A stretch of 64,000 nt of DNA from Hyalangium minutum (GCF_000737315.1 NZ_JMCB01000008.1:186001-250000), one strand, 5' to 3'. Numbered from the stretch's first letter, positions 40,210 through 49,430 are shown. Made by a program: numbers and translations. The notes: generated by a model from the letters alone, not told the origin.

Positions 40210-41270
40210 TGCGCCAGACACTGCACATCGCGATGGTGGTCGGGCTGGCGCTCGGCGCGCTCGGGTGCGGAGAGCTGGAGAACGCCCCGTTCCGCCTCGG
40301 CACGGTGCAAGGCCGCCTCACGGAGAGCGATGCATCCGTGGCCCTGGTCGCCGTCATGGGAGCCCCCGAGCTGCGCAGCACCCTGGCGGCGGATGGGAGC
40401 TTCAAGCTCGAGCAGGTCCCCGCGGGGCAGGCCGAGCTGTTCATCATCGCCTCGGCGAGCAAGGCCCTGCGCGTGTCGCTGATCGTCCAGGGCGGGCAGT
40501 CCGTCACCGTAGGCTCGCTGACCCCCAAGGAGGCCAGCTTCCTCGCGTTGCGGCTGAAGGCTCCCTCGCACGAGCCCGTGGAGCAAGCGCAGGTGACGCT
40601 GGTGGGCACCCCCATGCTGCCGCTGCAGCCGGACGAGCATGGGCGCCTGAGCGTGGGGCCACTTCCGGATGGCTGCTACACGCTGAGCATCTCCGCCCCT
40701 GGCTTCCCCGATGTGGCGTCCGAGACATGCTTGGGCTCCGGAGAGACCCAAGAGGTGAAGGTAAACCTCCCCGCCCCGAGCAAGAAGTGCGAGCAGACGG
40801 GCTGCTCGCAAGGCTTCGTCTGCGCGCAGAACGGCCGGTGCGTGGAGTGCCTGGACGACTCGCACTGCGTCTCCGGGCTCTCCTGCCGCGGCATGCGCTG
40901 CGAGGGCGAGGCCCCCGTCTGCACCTCCTGCGAGGGGGACTGGCAGTGCGGCTCCAAGGCGAGTTGCCAGGAGTTCGCCGATGGCTCCAAGGCCTGCGTG
41001 ACGTCCTGCGCGAACGCCAATCAGTGCGAGGATGGCTTCACCTGCCAAGCGGGCCGATGCCTGCCCGACGAGGCCCAGTTCAATGGCTGCCCGGCATACG
41101 TCAAGCTGGGTACCTCGTGCGACAACCCGGTGCTGTGCCGGAACCAGGGGCTCGTCAACGGGCTCTGCGTGGGAGGCCGCTGCACCATCCCATGCGACAC
41201 CGGCCGGGTGTGCCCGGAGGAGTTCTCCTGCGAGAACACCAGCGACGGGCGCGTGTGCATCTCCGAGTAG
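40209..41270 (+). CDS. Lipoprotein with carboxypeptidase-regulatory-like domains and Cys-rich repeats
   Basis: Lipobox ALGC; TGATG overlap with the caspase; >20 Cys in the C-terminal third. Confidence 0.85.
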   Translation: MRQTLHIAMVVGLALGALGCGELENAPFRLGTVQGRLTESDASVALVAVMGAPELRSTLAADGSFKLEQVPAGQAELFIIASASKALRVSLIVQGGQSVTVGSLTPKEASFLALRLKAPSHEPVEQAQVTLVGTPMLPLQPDEHGRLSVGPLPDGCYTLSISAPGFPDVASETCLGSGETQEVKVNLPAPSKKCEQTGCSQGFVCAQNGRCVECLDDSHCVSGLSCRGMRCEGEAPVCTSCEGDWQCGSKASCQEFADGSKACVTSCANANQCEDGFTCQAGRCLPDEAQFNGCPAYVKLGTSCDNPVLCRNQGLVNGLCVGGRCTIPCDTGRVCPEEFSCENTSDGRVCISE

Positions 41271-41294
41271 CGGAGGAGCCCAGGCGCCTCCGCC

Positions 41295-42008
41295 TCACGG
41301 CGTGAGGATCAGTCCGTCCGCAACGCACTCGTCCACGGCCCGCCGCACGTCCTGCTCCGCCGCGCCCGTGGCCGCTGCCACGTCCGCCACCGCGAACCCC
41401 TCCACCGCCATCTTCAGCACCAGGAGCGCGCGATCATGGGCCGCCATGAACCACGTGTTGAGCTGGCGCGGGTGCCGCCACAGGAGCGCCATCTCGTCGC
41501 CCGCCGCCGGCGCCGGGGCCGCCGCCTTGCTCCGAACGTAGGCGCAGAGCCGGTACGGGTGCTGGAGCACCGCCAGCGTGGGGTTGACCGTGAGCCGCTC
41601 CACGCGCTCCGGTACCCGCTCCTCGGAGGCATACACCGCCCAGTCGGCCCACTCGAAGCGCGCGAGCGCGGGGAGGAACTCCGGCAGCCCCTGGTCCGCC
41701 GTCACATCCGCCACATAGGCCGGGAAGGACTCTCCCGCCTGGTTCATCTCGAAGTGCCGCGCGGGGCGCGTGGGGAAGTAGCCCTTCACCAGCACCTCCC
41801 AGCGCTCCGCCCCCACCACCGCCTTCACCAGTGGGTAGAGCTTCTCCACCACCTCGCGCACGTGCGCCTGCACGAACTCCCCATACAGCGCCACGCGCGA
41901 GTCCGGCGCCTCCCAGCCCGGGTGCGCCGCGCGCAGCCGCTCCAGCCCCGCAGGGTCCGCGAAGTACTCCGTCATCGAGTTGAAGAAGTGCCGCAGCCCG
42001 GGCCTCAT
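41295..42008 (-). CDS. DUF2063-type RiPP partner protein (HvfC/BufC-like)
   Basis: RVALYGE..., LVKGYF...P.RH, FL..LARFEWA; ATGA overlap with DUF692. Confidence 0.8.
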   Translation of the reverse strand: MRPGLRHFFNSMTEYFADPAGLERLRAAHPGWEAPDSRVALYGEFVQAHVREVVEKLYPLVKAVVGAERWEVLVKGYFPTRPARHFEMNQAGESFPAYVADVTADQGLPEFLPALARFEWADWAVYASEERVPERVERLTVNPTLAVLQHPYRLCAYVRSKAAAPAPAAGDEMALLWRHPRQLNTWFMAAHDRALLVLKMAVEGFAVADVAAATGAAEQDVRRAVDECVADGLILTP

Positions 42009-42850
42009 CGCGCCACCTCCTTCAGCACGGCGCGCGCCTGATCCGCCTCGTCCAGCACCGCCTCCAGGGAGGGGATGTCCTGATCCCACTCGATCAGCGT
42101 GGACACCGGCCCGGTGCGCTCCACCACGTAGCGGTAGAGCGACCACACGTCGCCGGGCACGGGGCCGACATGGGTGTCGATGATGACGTCCGGGTAGCGC
42201 GTATGCCCGGCCATGTGGAGCTGCACCACGCGATCCAGCGGCAGCGCGTCCACGAAGGCGCGCGGGTCATACCCGTGGTTCTGCGCGTTGACGTAGACGT
42301 TGTTCACGTCGAGCAGGAGCCCACAGTCGGCCTGCTCCACCACGTGCCGCAGGAAGGTGGCCTCCTCCAGCGTCCCGCCCGGCATGCGCGCGTAGTAGCT
42401 CGGGTTCTCCAGCAGGAAGGGCCGGCCCACCCGCGCCATCACCTCGCGGACGCGAGGCACCACGTACTCGACCGCCTCCTCGTTGAAGGGCAGCGGGAGC
42501 AAGTCATGCAGGTACACCCCACCCAGGCGCGTGTAGCAGAGGTGATCCGAGAAGAAGGGCATGTCCAGCTCCTTCACGAGCGCGGACAGCCGGGTGACAT
42601 AGTCCTCATCCAGCGGATCCGGGCCGCCGATGTTGAGCCCCACGCCGTGCGAGAGCAGCGTCCAGCGCTCCTTGCAGGCCTCCAGCGTGTGCCGCGAACG
42701 GCCGCCCAGAGACAGGAAGTTCTCGGGGATGATCTCCAGCCAGTCGACCGTGCGCTCGGTGCGAGGCAGCGTCTCGTAGAAGCTGCGCCGGAGCCCGATG
42801 CCAGCCCCCAGTGGTCTCAACCCATGCCTCTGCGCGTAGCTCTCGGACAC
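42005..42850 (-). CDS. DUF692 multinuclear non-heme iron-dependent oxidase (MNIO)
   Basis: GIGLR, EIIPENF, HGVGL, SDHLC, LLENPS, LLLDVNNVYVN, LHMAGH, IDTH, EWD. Confidence 0.95.
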   Translation of the reverse strand: MSESYAQRHGLRPLGAGIGLRRSFYETLPRTERTVDWLEIIPENFLSLGGRSRHTLEACKERWTLLSHGVGLNIGGPDPLDEDYVTRLSALVKELDMPFFSDHLCYTRLGGVYLHDLLPLPFNEEAVEYVVPRVREVMARVGRPFLLENPSYYARMPGGTLEEATFLRHVVEQADCGLLLDVNNVYVNAQNHGYDPRAFVDALPLDRVVQLHMAGHTRYPDVIIDTHVGPVPGDVWSLYRYVVERTGPVSTLIEWDQDIPSLEAVLDEADQARAVLKEVAR

Positions 42851-42928
42851 TGTGCAGCTCCTCGGGGAGAAACAACACGGGCGGCGGGAAGAGTCCTCCC
42901 CACCGCCCGAGCTCACTGCGAAAGCTGC

Positions 42929-43183
42929 TTACTTCTTGTTGGCGCAGGTGCCCTCGCCGCAGCTGGCGTTGGTGCCCTTGGCCTCGGTGGCACCCTTACA
43001 AGAAGCCTCGGTGCCCTTGGCCTCAGTGCCACCCTTGCAGGAGGCCTCGGTGCCCTTGGCAGAGGACTCGGTGGTGGCGGCGCCCTCGGTGGACCCCTCA
43101 GCGGCCTTGTTGGACGCACAGCCGGTGGCCAGCGCGCCGAGAGAGAGGGTACCAACGATGGCAGCCAGAGCCTTGACGTTCAT
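42929..43183 (-). CDS. Lipidated Cys-repeat MNIO precursor peptide (84 aa)
   Basis: Lipobox ATGC; three 13-aa units AKGTEASCKGGTE / AKGTEASCKGATE / AKGTNASCGEGTC. Confidence 0.88.
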   Translation of the reverse strand: MNVKALAAIVGTLSLGALATGCASNKAAEGSTEGAATTESSAKGTEASCKGGTEAKGTEASCKGATEAKGTNASCGEGTCANKK

Positions 43184-43231
43184 GGATGATTCTTCCTTTC
43201 GGGACTGCATTCGGTACTGCGGGGGGGACTG

Positions 43232-43870
43232 CTACAGCTTGAACTGGGTGGAGCCCCAAGCGTCCACCGACACATCGGCCATCTCGGCCACCTTGAGGAT
43301 GAGTGCGCCCGTTCGGTTGATCTTGTAAGCCTCAAGGGGAATCTGGAACTTGGCGCGCACGCGGAGCAGATCGCCCGGGGCGCGCTTGCCCGTGTCCTCG
43401 GACTCCTTCAGGTAGAAGGCGGTGACTTCCACCGGCTCCTCGCGCGTCACGCCGTGGATGGAGAACTTGCCCTGCGTCTTCAGCTTCACGGACTTGCCCG
43501 GCTCCAGCGGACCCGGCAGCACCAGATCCTTGAACTCGACGACGATGTCCGGGTACTTCGCCGCGTCCAGCCACTTCTCGTTCTGCAGGTGGCCATCGCG
43601 CGTCTCATTGCCCGTCTTGATGGAGCTGACCGGGACGGCGAGCTTGCCGGAGGCCTTGTTGCCCTCCACGGTGATGGAGCCCTTCACCTGGTTGGACAGG
43701 CCGTTGATCACTTCCAGTGGTGCATCCAGCACGAAGGTGATGGTGTCGCGGTTGTTCGGATCATTGAAGACGAAGGTCTGCTTGGCGGGAGCGGCAGGAG
43801 CCTTCGGCTGAGCGACAGCGGCCAGGGGCAGCAGGGTGGCAAGGCACAGCGCGGCGAAGCGTACGAACAT
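43232..43870 (-). CDS. YceI family periplasmic protein
   Basis: Signal peptide; SIKTGNETRDGHLQ...DAAKYP.I, G.FSIHGVTR. Confidence 0.9.
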   Translation of the reverse strand: MFVRFAALCLATLLPLAAVAQPKAPAAPAKQTFVFNDPNNRDTITFVLDAPLEVINGLSNQVKGSITVEGNKASGKLAVPVSSIKTGNETRDGHLQNEKWLDAAKYPDIVVEFKDLVLPGPLEPGKSVKLKTQGKFSIHGVTREEPVEVTAFYLKESEDTGKRAPGDLLRVRAKFQIPLEAYKINRTGALILKVAEMADVSVDAWGSTQFKL

Positions 43871-43913
43871 ATCGGCCTCTCTACGGATGCGGCTGCAAGG
43901 TGGATGCATGAGG

Positions 43914-43940
43914 TACGCGCGAGCGGGGATCCTGGTTACA
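43914..43940 (-). promoter_or_regulatory. ECF-type promoter for the yceI-MNIO operon
   Basis: Minus strand TGTAACC-N16-CGTA, about 44 nt above the yceI ATG. Confidence 0.6.
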
Positions 43941-43964
43941 GGCCGGAACTCGAATCTCCGTCCA

Positions 43965-45407
43965 CTACTGGATCCTGGAAGCCTTTTGTCCATCCAGAGC
44001 TTCACGCAACACGCTGTCCCGGGCCGGTTGAATCGTGACGCCTCCCGGAGTGGGCGTCACGCCGAGGTCTTCTAGCAAACCTTCGAGCCCTGCAAAAGCA
44101 GGCCGATGGAGATCCTCCTCCAGCAGCGCGCGGAAGATCGGCTTGCCAGCCACCGCGTCCACCGCCGCGCCGTAGGCATCTACAGTGGAAGTGGATCCTT
44201 GCGTTGCCAGCAACTCCAACACGTCCTGTAGGCCGCGCGCGTTGTGCGTGGCCCGGCGAATCGCTACGTCGAGGCGCAGGGAGAAGAACGCGCCCACCCA
44301 GTAGATCCCCGGCGGCGCGCTGTCGTCGATCATCTCCTGCAAGGTCTGCCCCGCAGCCTGCGCCCGGCCGCGCCTGAAGCCGCGGATCATTTCTGCCCAA
44401 ACGGCCTCGGCGCTCATGCGCCCAGAGCGCGCCTGCACCAGCTCCGTGAAGTAGGTGGCGAGCCCTTCGGAGATCCACGCCGCGCGCGGGACAAAGGTCG
44501 GATGGGTCAGGTGCAGCAGCTCGTGGAGGGCCGTCCAGTCCCGGTGGAGCGCATCGAGCCGGGCGTCCTGGCCCACCAGGAGGGCAACGCTCGGCGGCGA
44601 GCTCCACATCACCATGCCGAAGACGTTGGCGTCCTCGCGGCCCGGCACCGGGTAGATGCTCACGGAGATGCGCGGGAAGGGAAAGCGGCTGCGGACATAG
44701 CGCACCTCCTCGGCCCGCTGCCGCAGCCAGTCGCAGAGCTGCGCATCCTCCACGTGCGTCATGGTCCCGAGGATGGCGATGTCCAGCACGGCCCCCTGCA
44801 GCTGGGCCTGGCAGCGCCGCCCGCCGAAGGCCTGGAAGCCCGAGTCCACCAGGTCCTCCGCGCTCACGTGGTATTGCCCATCCGGCCCGGGCTGCCACGG
44901 CAGGAGCGCGTCCGCCCCCTTCACCGAGAGCTCCACGCGGACGCCCGGCTCCGCCACCCGCGGGCGGATCAGCCACGAGCGCCCCGCAAGGAGCAGCGCG
45001 TCCTCTCCGGTCTTCAGTCCCCCGGAGAAGTTCCACCAGCGCCCGCGCCGCCGTGTCTCCAGGGCGTAGCGATAGCGCAGCACGCGCGTGTCCTCTGGAA
45101 CAGAGATGCCCCGGTCCTCCACCTGCAGCACGCGCGCCTCGCCCGTGCGGCTGTAGGCCTGCACGGTGCGCACCCCGCCCTCCTGCGTGAAGAGGAACTC
45201 GCGGGGCGCATCGCTGCCGCGCACCACCTCCACCTCGAGGGACGGCTCCGGCTCACGCACGTAGGTGATCGTGTAGCGCAGGGCCGGTGAGGGCTCCTGC
45301 GCGGGTGGAGGCGGACGTGGCGGGCGGACGGTCTCCGCCCGGCACGAGGCCAGCACCATGGCGAGGGCCAGCAAGCCCAGCCTCTGCGCGTGGGAGCTGG
45401 GCCGCAT
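43965..45407 (-). CDS. M61-like metallopeptidase lipoprotein
   Basis: Lipobox LASC; HELLH (HExxH), WISEGLATY, IYWVG; ATGA overlap with DUF1015. Confidence 0.75.
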   Translation of the reverse strand: MRPSSHAQRLGLLALAMVLASCRAETVRPPRPPPPAQEPSPALRYTITYVREPEPSLEVEVVRGSDAPREFLFTQEGGVRTVQAYSRTGEARVLQVEDRGISVPEDTRVLRYRYALETRRRGRWWNFSGGLKTGEDALLLAGRSWLIRPRVAEPGVRVELSVKGADALLPWQPGPDGQYHVSAEDLVDSGFQAFGGRRCQAQLQGAVLDIAILGTMTHVEDAQLCDWLRQRAEEVRYVRSRFPFPRISVSIYPVPGREDANVFGMVMWSSPPSVALLVGQDARLDALHRDWTALHELLHLTHPTFVPRAAWISEGLATYFTELVQARSGRMSAEAVWAEMIRGFRRGRAQAAGQTLQEMIDDSAPPGIYWVGAFFSLRLDVAIRRATHNARGLQDVLELLATQGSTSTVDAYGAAVDAVAGKPIFRALLEEDLHRPAFAGLEGLLEDLGVTPTPGGVTIQPARDSVLREALDGQKASRIQ

Positions 45408-46624
45408 CAGAACAGGTGGAGCACCAACCCGCTGCGCAGCTTGGGCTCGAACCACGTGGACTTGGGCGGCATGATCTCGCCCGCGTCCGCGATGGCCATG
45501 AGCTGATCCAGGCTGGTCGGGAACATCGAGAAGGCCACCTTCCACGCCCCGCCATTCACCAGGCGCTCGAGTTCCTCCATGCCGCGGATGCCGCCCACGA
45601 AGTGGATGCGCGAGTCCTTGCGCGGATCCCCAATGCCCAGCAGCGGCTCCAGCACGTTGCGCTGGAGAATCGTCACGTCCAGCACGCCCGTGGGCGTCGT
45701 CTCGAACGTGCCCGGCTTCGCGGTGAGCTGGTACCACTGGCCGCCCAGGTACATGCCAAACTGGTGCCCCCGGTCCGGCTTCTTCTGCGTGCCCGGCTTC
45801 ACCTCGAAGCGCTCGCCCAGCTTCTGCAGCAGCTGCTCCGGCGACAGGCCGCGCAGGTCCTTCACCACGCGGTTGTAGTCGAGGATCTGCATCTGATCGT
45901 GCGGGAACACCACGGCGAGGAACCGATCGTGTCCCCCACCTTCCCCGCGCTGCTGGCGCAGGGCATGGACGCGCGAGGCGGCCGCGGAGCGGTGGTGCCC
46001 GTCCGCAATGTAGAGCGCCGGCACCGCGCGGAAGGCCTCCTGCAGCTTTTCATTCAGCTCGCCGCGCACCACCCAGAAGGTGTGCCCGATTCCGTCCTCG
46101 GTCGTAAAGTCGTACTCGGGGGCGCCGCGCGTGCCCTCCTCCACCAGCGCGGCAACGGCCGCCGTGGCCCGGTACGTGAGGAACACCGGTTCGTCATTGC
46201 CGCCCAGCTCGTCCACGTGCCGCGTGCGGTCGTCCTCCTTGTCCGCGCGCGTCAGCTCGTGCTTCTTGATGAGCTGGGCGTCGTACTCCCGCACGCTCGC
46301 GGCGGCCACCACCCCCGTCTGCACATGCGAGCCCATGCGCTGGCGGTACAGGTAGAAGCACGGCTCCGCCTCCTGCACGAGCCGCCCCGTCTTCTGGAAC
46401 TCCACGAGGTTCTCACAGCCCTTCGCGTACACCTCGTCCGCGTGCTCGTCCGTGCCGGGCGGCAAGTCGATCTCCGGGCGGGAGATGCGGAAGAAGCTGT
46501 CCGGGTTGCCCTTCGCGTAGGCGCGCGCCTCCTCGGCGTTCACCACGTCATACGGAGGTGCCACGAGCTTCTGTGCCAGTTCCTTCGGAGGGCGGAGGCC
46601 ACGGAAGGGACGGAGTTCAGCCAA
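45407..46624 (-). CDS. DUF1015 family protein
   Basis: PPYDV, IKKHELT, YIADGHHR, MPPKSTWFEPKL; TTG start with GGAG RBS. Confidence 0.92.
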   Translation of the reverse strand: MAELRPFRGLRPPKELAQKLVAPPYDVVNAEEARAYAKGNPDSFFRISRPEIDLPPGTDEHADEVYAKGCENLVEFQKTGRLVQEAEPCFYLYRQRMGSHVQTGVVAAASVREYDAQLIKKHELTRADKEDDRTRHVDELGGNDEPVFLTYRATAAVAALVEEGTRGAPEYDFTTEDGIGHTFWVVRGELNEKLQEAFRAVPALYIADGHHRSAAASRVHALRQQRGEGGGHDRFLAVVFPHDQMQILDYNRVVKDLRGLSPEQLLQKLGERFEVKPGTQKKPDRGHQFGMYLGGQWYQLTAKPGTFETTPTGVLDVTILQRNVLEPLLGIGDPRKDSRIHFVGGIRGMEELERLVNGGAWKVAFSMFPTSLDQLMAIADAGEIMPPKSTWFEPKLRSGLVLHLF

Positions 46625-46883
46625 GGAGTCACTCCAGGTCAGGGTCTGGGGCCGAGGCTGGCCCAAAGCCCCCGGCGATGCGAGCGCCTTCTCCTTTTTC
46701 CATGGCGCACTGTGTCAGTAAAACGTTGACAACCGGGGCGCAGAGCGCGGGGGGAACCCTGCCTTCCTCATCGGTAAACCACTGGAAACACTCTTCATTT
46801 CCCGGAAGTGAACGTTCCGGGACTGCCCCGGGGGGTGCCGTCCGTTGCCCCTCCGACAAGGCCGCGCCCCCCGCAAAACGTTG

Positions 46884-46911
46884 ATTGCAAATCGGTAAAT
46901 CGGTTTGCAGA
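46884..46911. promoter_or_regulatory. Possible RamB/ScfR-type boxes upstream of the XRE regulator
   Basis: ATTGCAAA (46884-91) and TTTGCAGA (46904-11). Confidence 0.45.
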
Positions 46912-46964
46912 GTGCCCCGGAGCATGGCGAGCGCGGGCCAGAGCGCGCACCCATGTAGGACAAA

Positions 46965-48563
46965 TTGATGAACGAGAATGCACTGAACGCGAACGTTGGC
47001 CTGAAGCTCAGAGGCCTGCGGCTCGCGCGCAATATCAAGCAGACGGACGCGGCGAAGGAGCTGGGGGTGTCCCCGGCGTACCTGAACCTCATCGAGAAGG
47101 GCAAGCGGGTGATGCCCTTCCCGCTGCTGTGGAAGGCGCTGCGCTACTTCGATCAGGATCCTGAGCAGTTCATGTCCTCGCTGGGCGAGGGCCGGGTGGA
47201 CGAGGCGCTGGCGAAGCTGCTGGACGAGCCGCTGCTGAAGAGCCTGGATATCGACTCGGAGTCGCTCCAGAGCCTGTCGGCGGAGCCGAAGCTGGCGGGC
47301 ACGGTGGCCGCCCTGTTCAACCTGTACAAGAACACGCGCACGCAGTTGGAGAACGTGCTGGCGCAGCTGTCCTCCGAGGAGCGGGCGCGCGCGCAGCGCA
47401 ACGACGGGCCGGGCCTGCGCTACGACTACTCGCCCTACGACGAGGTGAGCGACTTCCTGGAGCAGCACCGCAACTACTTCCCGGAGCTGGAAGAGCAGGC
47501 GGAGGCACTGCGGCGGGACTTCAAGCTGGAGCGGCTGTTGACCAGCTCCCAGCTCATCCGCCTGCTCGAGGAGCGGTTTGGCTTCCGGGTGAACTTCGAG
47601 CGCGCCCCCAGCGGCTCGTCCGTGGTGCGGCGGCTGGACTTGGAAGAGCAGACCCTGACGCTGTCTCCGGACCTGACGGAGCAGCCACTGAAGTTCCAGG
47701 TGGCCACCTCCATCGGGCTGCTGATGATGGACCGGGCGAAGCTGGTGGAGCGAATCGTGGGGGGCAACCGCACGCGGCACGCGGAGACGGTGCGCCTCAT
47801 CAAGGTGAACCTGTCCAACTACTTCGCCGGCGCGCTGATGCTGCCCTACGGGGACTTCTTCCGAGAAGTGGAGCGCTCGCGCTACGACGTGGAGCTGCTC
47901 TCGAGCATCTTCGGCACCACGTACGAGACGGTGGCCCACCGGCTGTGCAACCTGTCCGACCCCAAGCGGCCGGGGCTTCCCTTCCACTTCCTGCGGGCGG
48001 ACATCGCCGGCAACATCTCCAAGCGCTACAGCGGCACGGGGCTGAAGTTCGCCAGCGGCGGCGGCTCGTGCGGCAAGTGGGCGGTGCACCTGGCGTTCCT
48101 CAACCCGGGCCAGCTCACGCGGCAGTACTCGATGATGCCGGACGGGGCGGCGTACTTCTGCTTCGCCAAGGTGCAGCTGCAGCCCATCGAGGGCTCCATC
48201 GTGAAGGGCACGGCGTACTCCATCGGCCTGGGTACCCACGCGGAGAACGCGAAGTACCTGGCCTATGGGCTGCCCACCACGGATCTGCGCAAGGACGCGG
48301 TGGCCACGGGGATTACGTGCCGGTTCTGCGAGCGCACGGACTGCAACCAGCGCGCGGCGCCCAGCTACCGGTTCGCCTTCGCGTTCGACGAGTACACGAA
48401 GAAGGACTGCTTCTTCTCCCCGCTGCTGGTGCACGAGCAGGGCGACAACTGGACCTCCCAGGGCGAGCGCACGGAGAACGGGGAAAGGAATGGGGCCCAT
48501 AAGGACGGCCGTCAGGAACTGCTGGACAAGCAGGCGCGGCGCCGTAACAAAGGCGAGCCATGA
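46965..48563 (+). CDS. XRE-family short-chain fatty acyl-CoA regulator (ScfR/RamB/PrpR-like)
   Basis: HTH VSPAYLNLIEKGKR; NYFAGALMLPY; DIAGNISKR; C-terminal CRFCERTDC. Confidence 0.92.
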   Translation: MMNENALNANVGLKLRGLRLARNIKQTDAAKELGVSPAYLNLIEKGKRVMPFPLLWKALRYFDQDPEQFMSSLGEGRVDEALAKLLDEPLLKSLDIDSESLQSLSAEPKLAGTVAALFNLYKNTRTQLENVLAQLSSEERARAQRNDGPGLRYDYSPYDEVSDFLEQHRNYFPELEEQAEALRRDFKLERLLTSSQLIRLLEERFGFRVNFERAPSGSSVVRRLDLEEQTLTLSPDLTEQPLKFQVATSIGLLMMDRAKLVERIVGGNRTRHAETVRLIKVNLSNYFAGALMLPYGDFFREVERSRYDVELLSSIFGTTYETVAHRLCNLSDPKRPGLPFHFLRADIAGNISKRYSGTGLKFASGGGSCGKWAVHLAFLNPGQLTRQYSMMPDGAAYFCFAKVQLQPIEGSIVKGTAYSIGLGTHAENAKYLAYGLPTTDLRKDAVATGITCRFCERTDCNQRAAPSYRFAFAFDEYTKKDCFFSPLLVHEQGDNWTSQGERTENGERNGAHKDGRQELLDKQARRRNKGEP

Positions 48564-49429
48564 GTCTGACGGACACCGAACGCGCCCACATCCAAGAGAC
48601 CCTCCAGAAGCAACGGGATGCGCTGGCGACGCTGCGCTTCACCGGCAGCCCTGAGCAGGTGGGCCAGGGGTTGCTTCAGCTCGCCGAGCTGCACGGCCTG
48701 CTGGAGGACCACGCCGCGAGCCGCAAGCACTATGAGGAGGCGCTGAGCCTCTTCAAGACGGCGCGGCACAAGACGGGGCAGGCCCAGGCGCTGTACGGGC
48801 TGGGCGTGGCGCGGGCTCAGTTCGAGGACCACAAGGGCTCCATCGAGTGGATCGCCCAGGCCGCGGCCCTCTACAACGAGGTGAAGGACAAGGAGGGCGA
48901 GGCCCTCTGCCGCGCGTGCATTGGTGAGTCCCTGCGCGCGCTGGGCCACACGGACGGCGCCGAGGAGAAGTACCAAGAGGCGCTGATCCTCTTCCGGCAG
49001 ACGCGCAACACGGACCGGGTGGCGGCGCTGCTGATGGACATCGGCGACATCCGCATGGAGGCCGGGGACTACAAGCGCGCCCGGGAGCGCTTCCTGGAGG
49101 CGCTGACGATTCTGGAGAAGGGCGAGGAGCCGGAGCCGCTCGCGCTGTGCCAGCTGCTGCTGGGCGAGGCGGAGGGGCTGATGGGTAACCACGAGGCGGC
49201 GCGGCCCCACCTGCTGGAGGCCGTGGAGCTGTACGCGCAGCTGCATGACCACGTCTTCGAGGCCCGGGCCCGGTGGGACCTGGGGCTGGCCTGCTACCAC
49301 TCCAAGGACTTTCCTGCGGCGCGAGTCCAGCTCGAGGCGGTGCTGCCCCTCTACGAGGAGCAGGGCCGCACGGAGGAGGCCGCCAAGGTGCGCAACGTGC
49401 TGGCGCACTTCACCGCGAGCGGCGTGTAG
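48560..49429 (+). CDS. TPR-repeat protein
   Basis: TPR-like helical repeats; ATGA overlap with the regulator. Confidence 0.85.
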   Translation: MSLTDTERAHIQETLQKQRDALATLRFTGSPEQVGQGLLQLAELHGLLEDHAASRKHYEEALSLFKTARHKTGQAQALYGLGVARAQFEDHKGSIEWIAQAAALYNEVKDKEGEALCRACIGESLRALGHTDGAEEKYQEALILFRQTRNTDRVAALLMDIGDIRMEAGDYKRARERFLEALTILEKGEEPEPLALCQLLLGEAEGLMGNHEAARPHLLEAVELYAQLHDHVFEARARWDLGLACYHSKDFPAARVQLEAVLPLYEEQGRTEEAAKVRNVLAHFTASGV

Positions 49430-49430
49430 C

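Noticed and set aside
42929-43060. 39-bp tandem repeats as a non-coding array
   Set aside because: They encode the repeats of the MNIO precursor peptide
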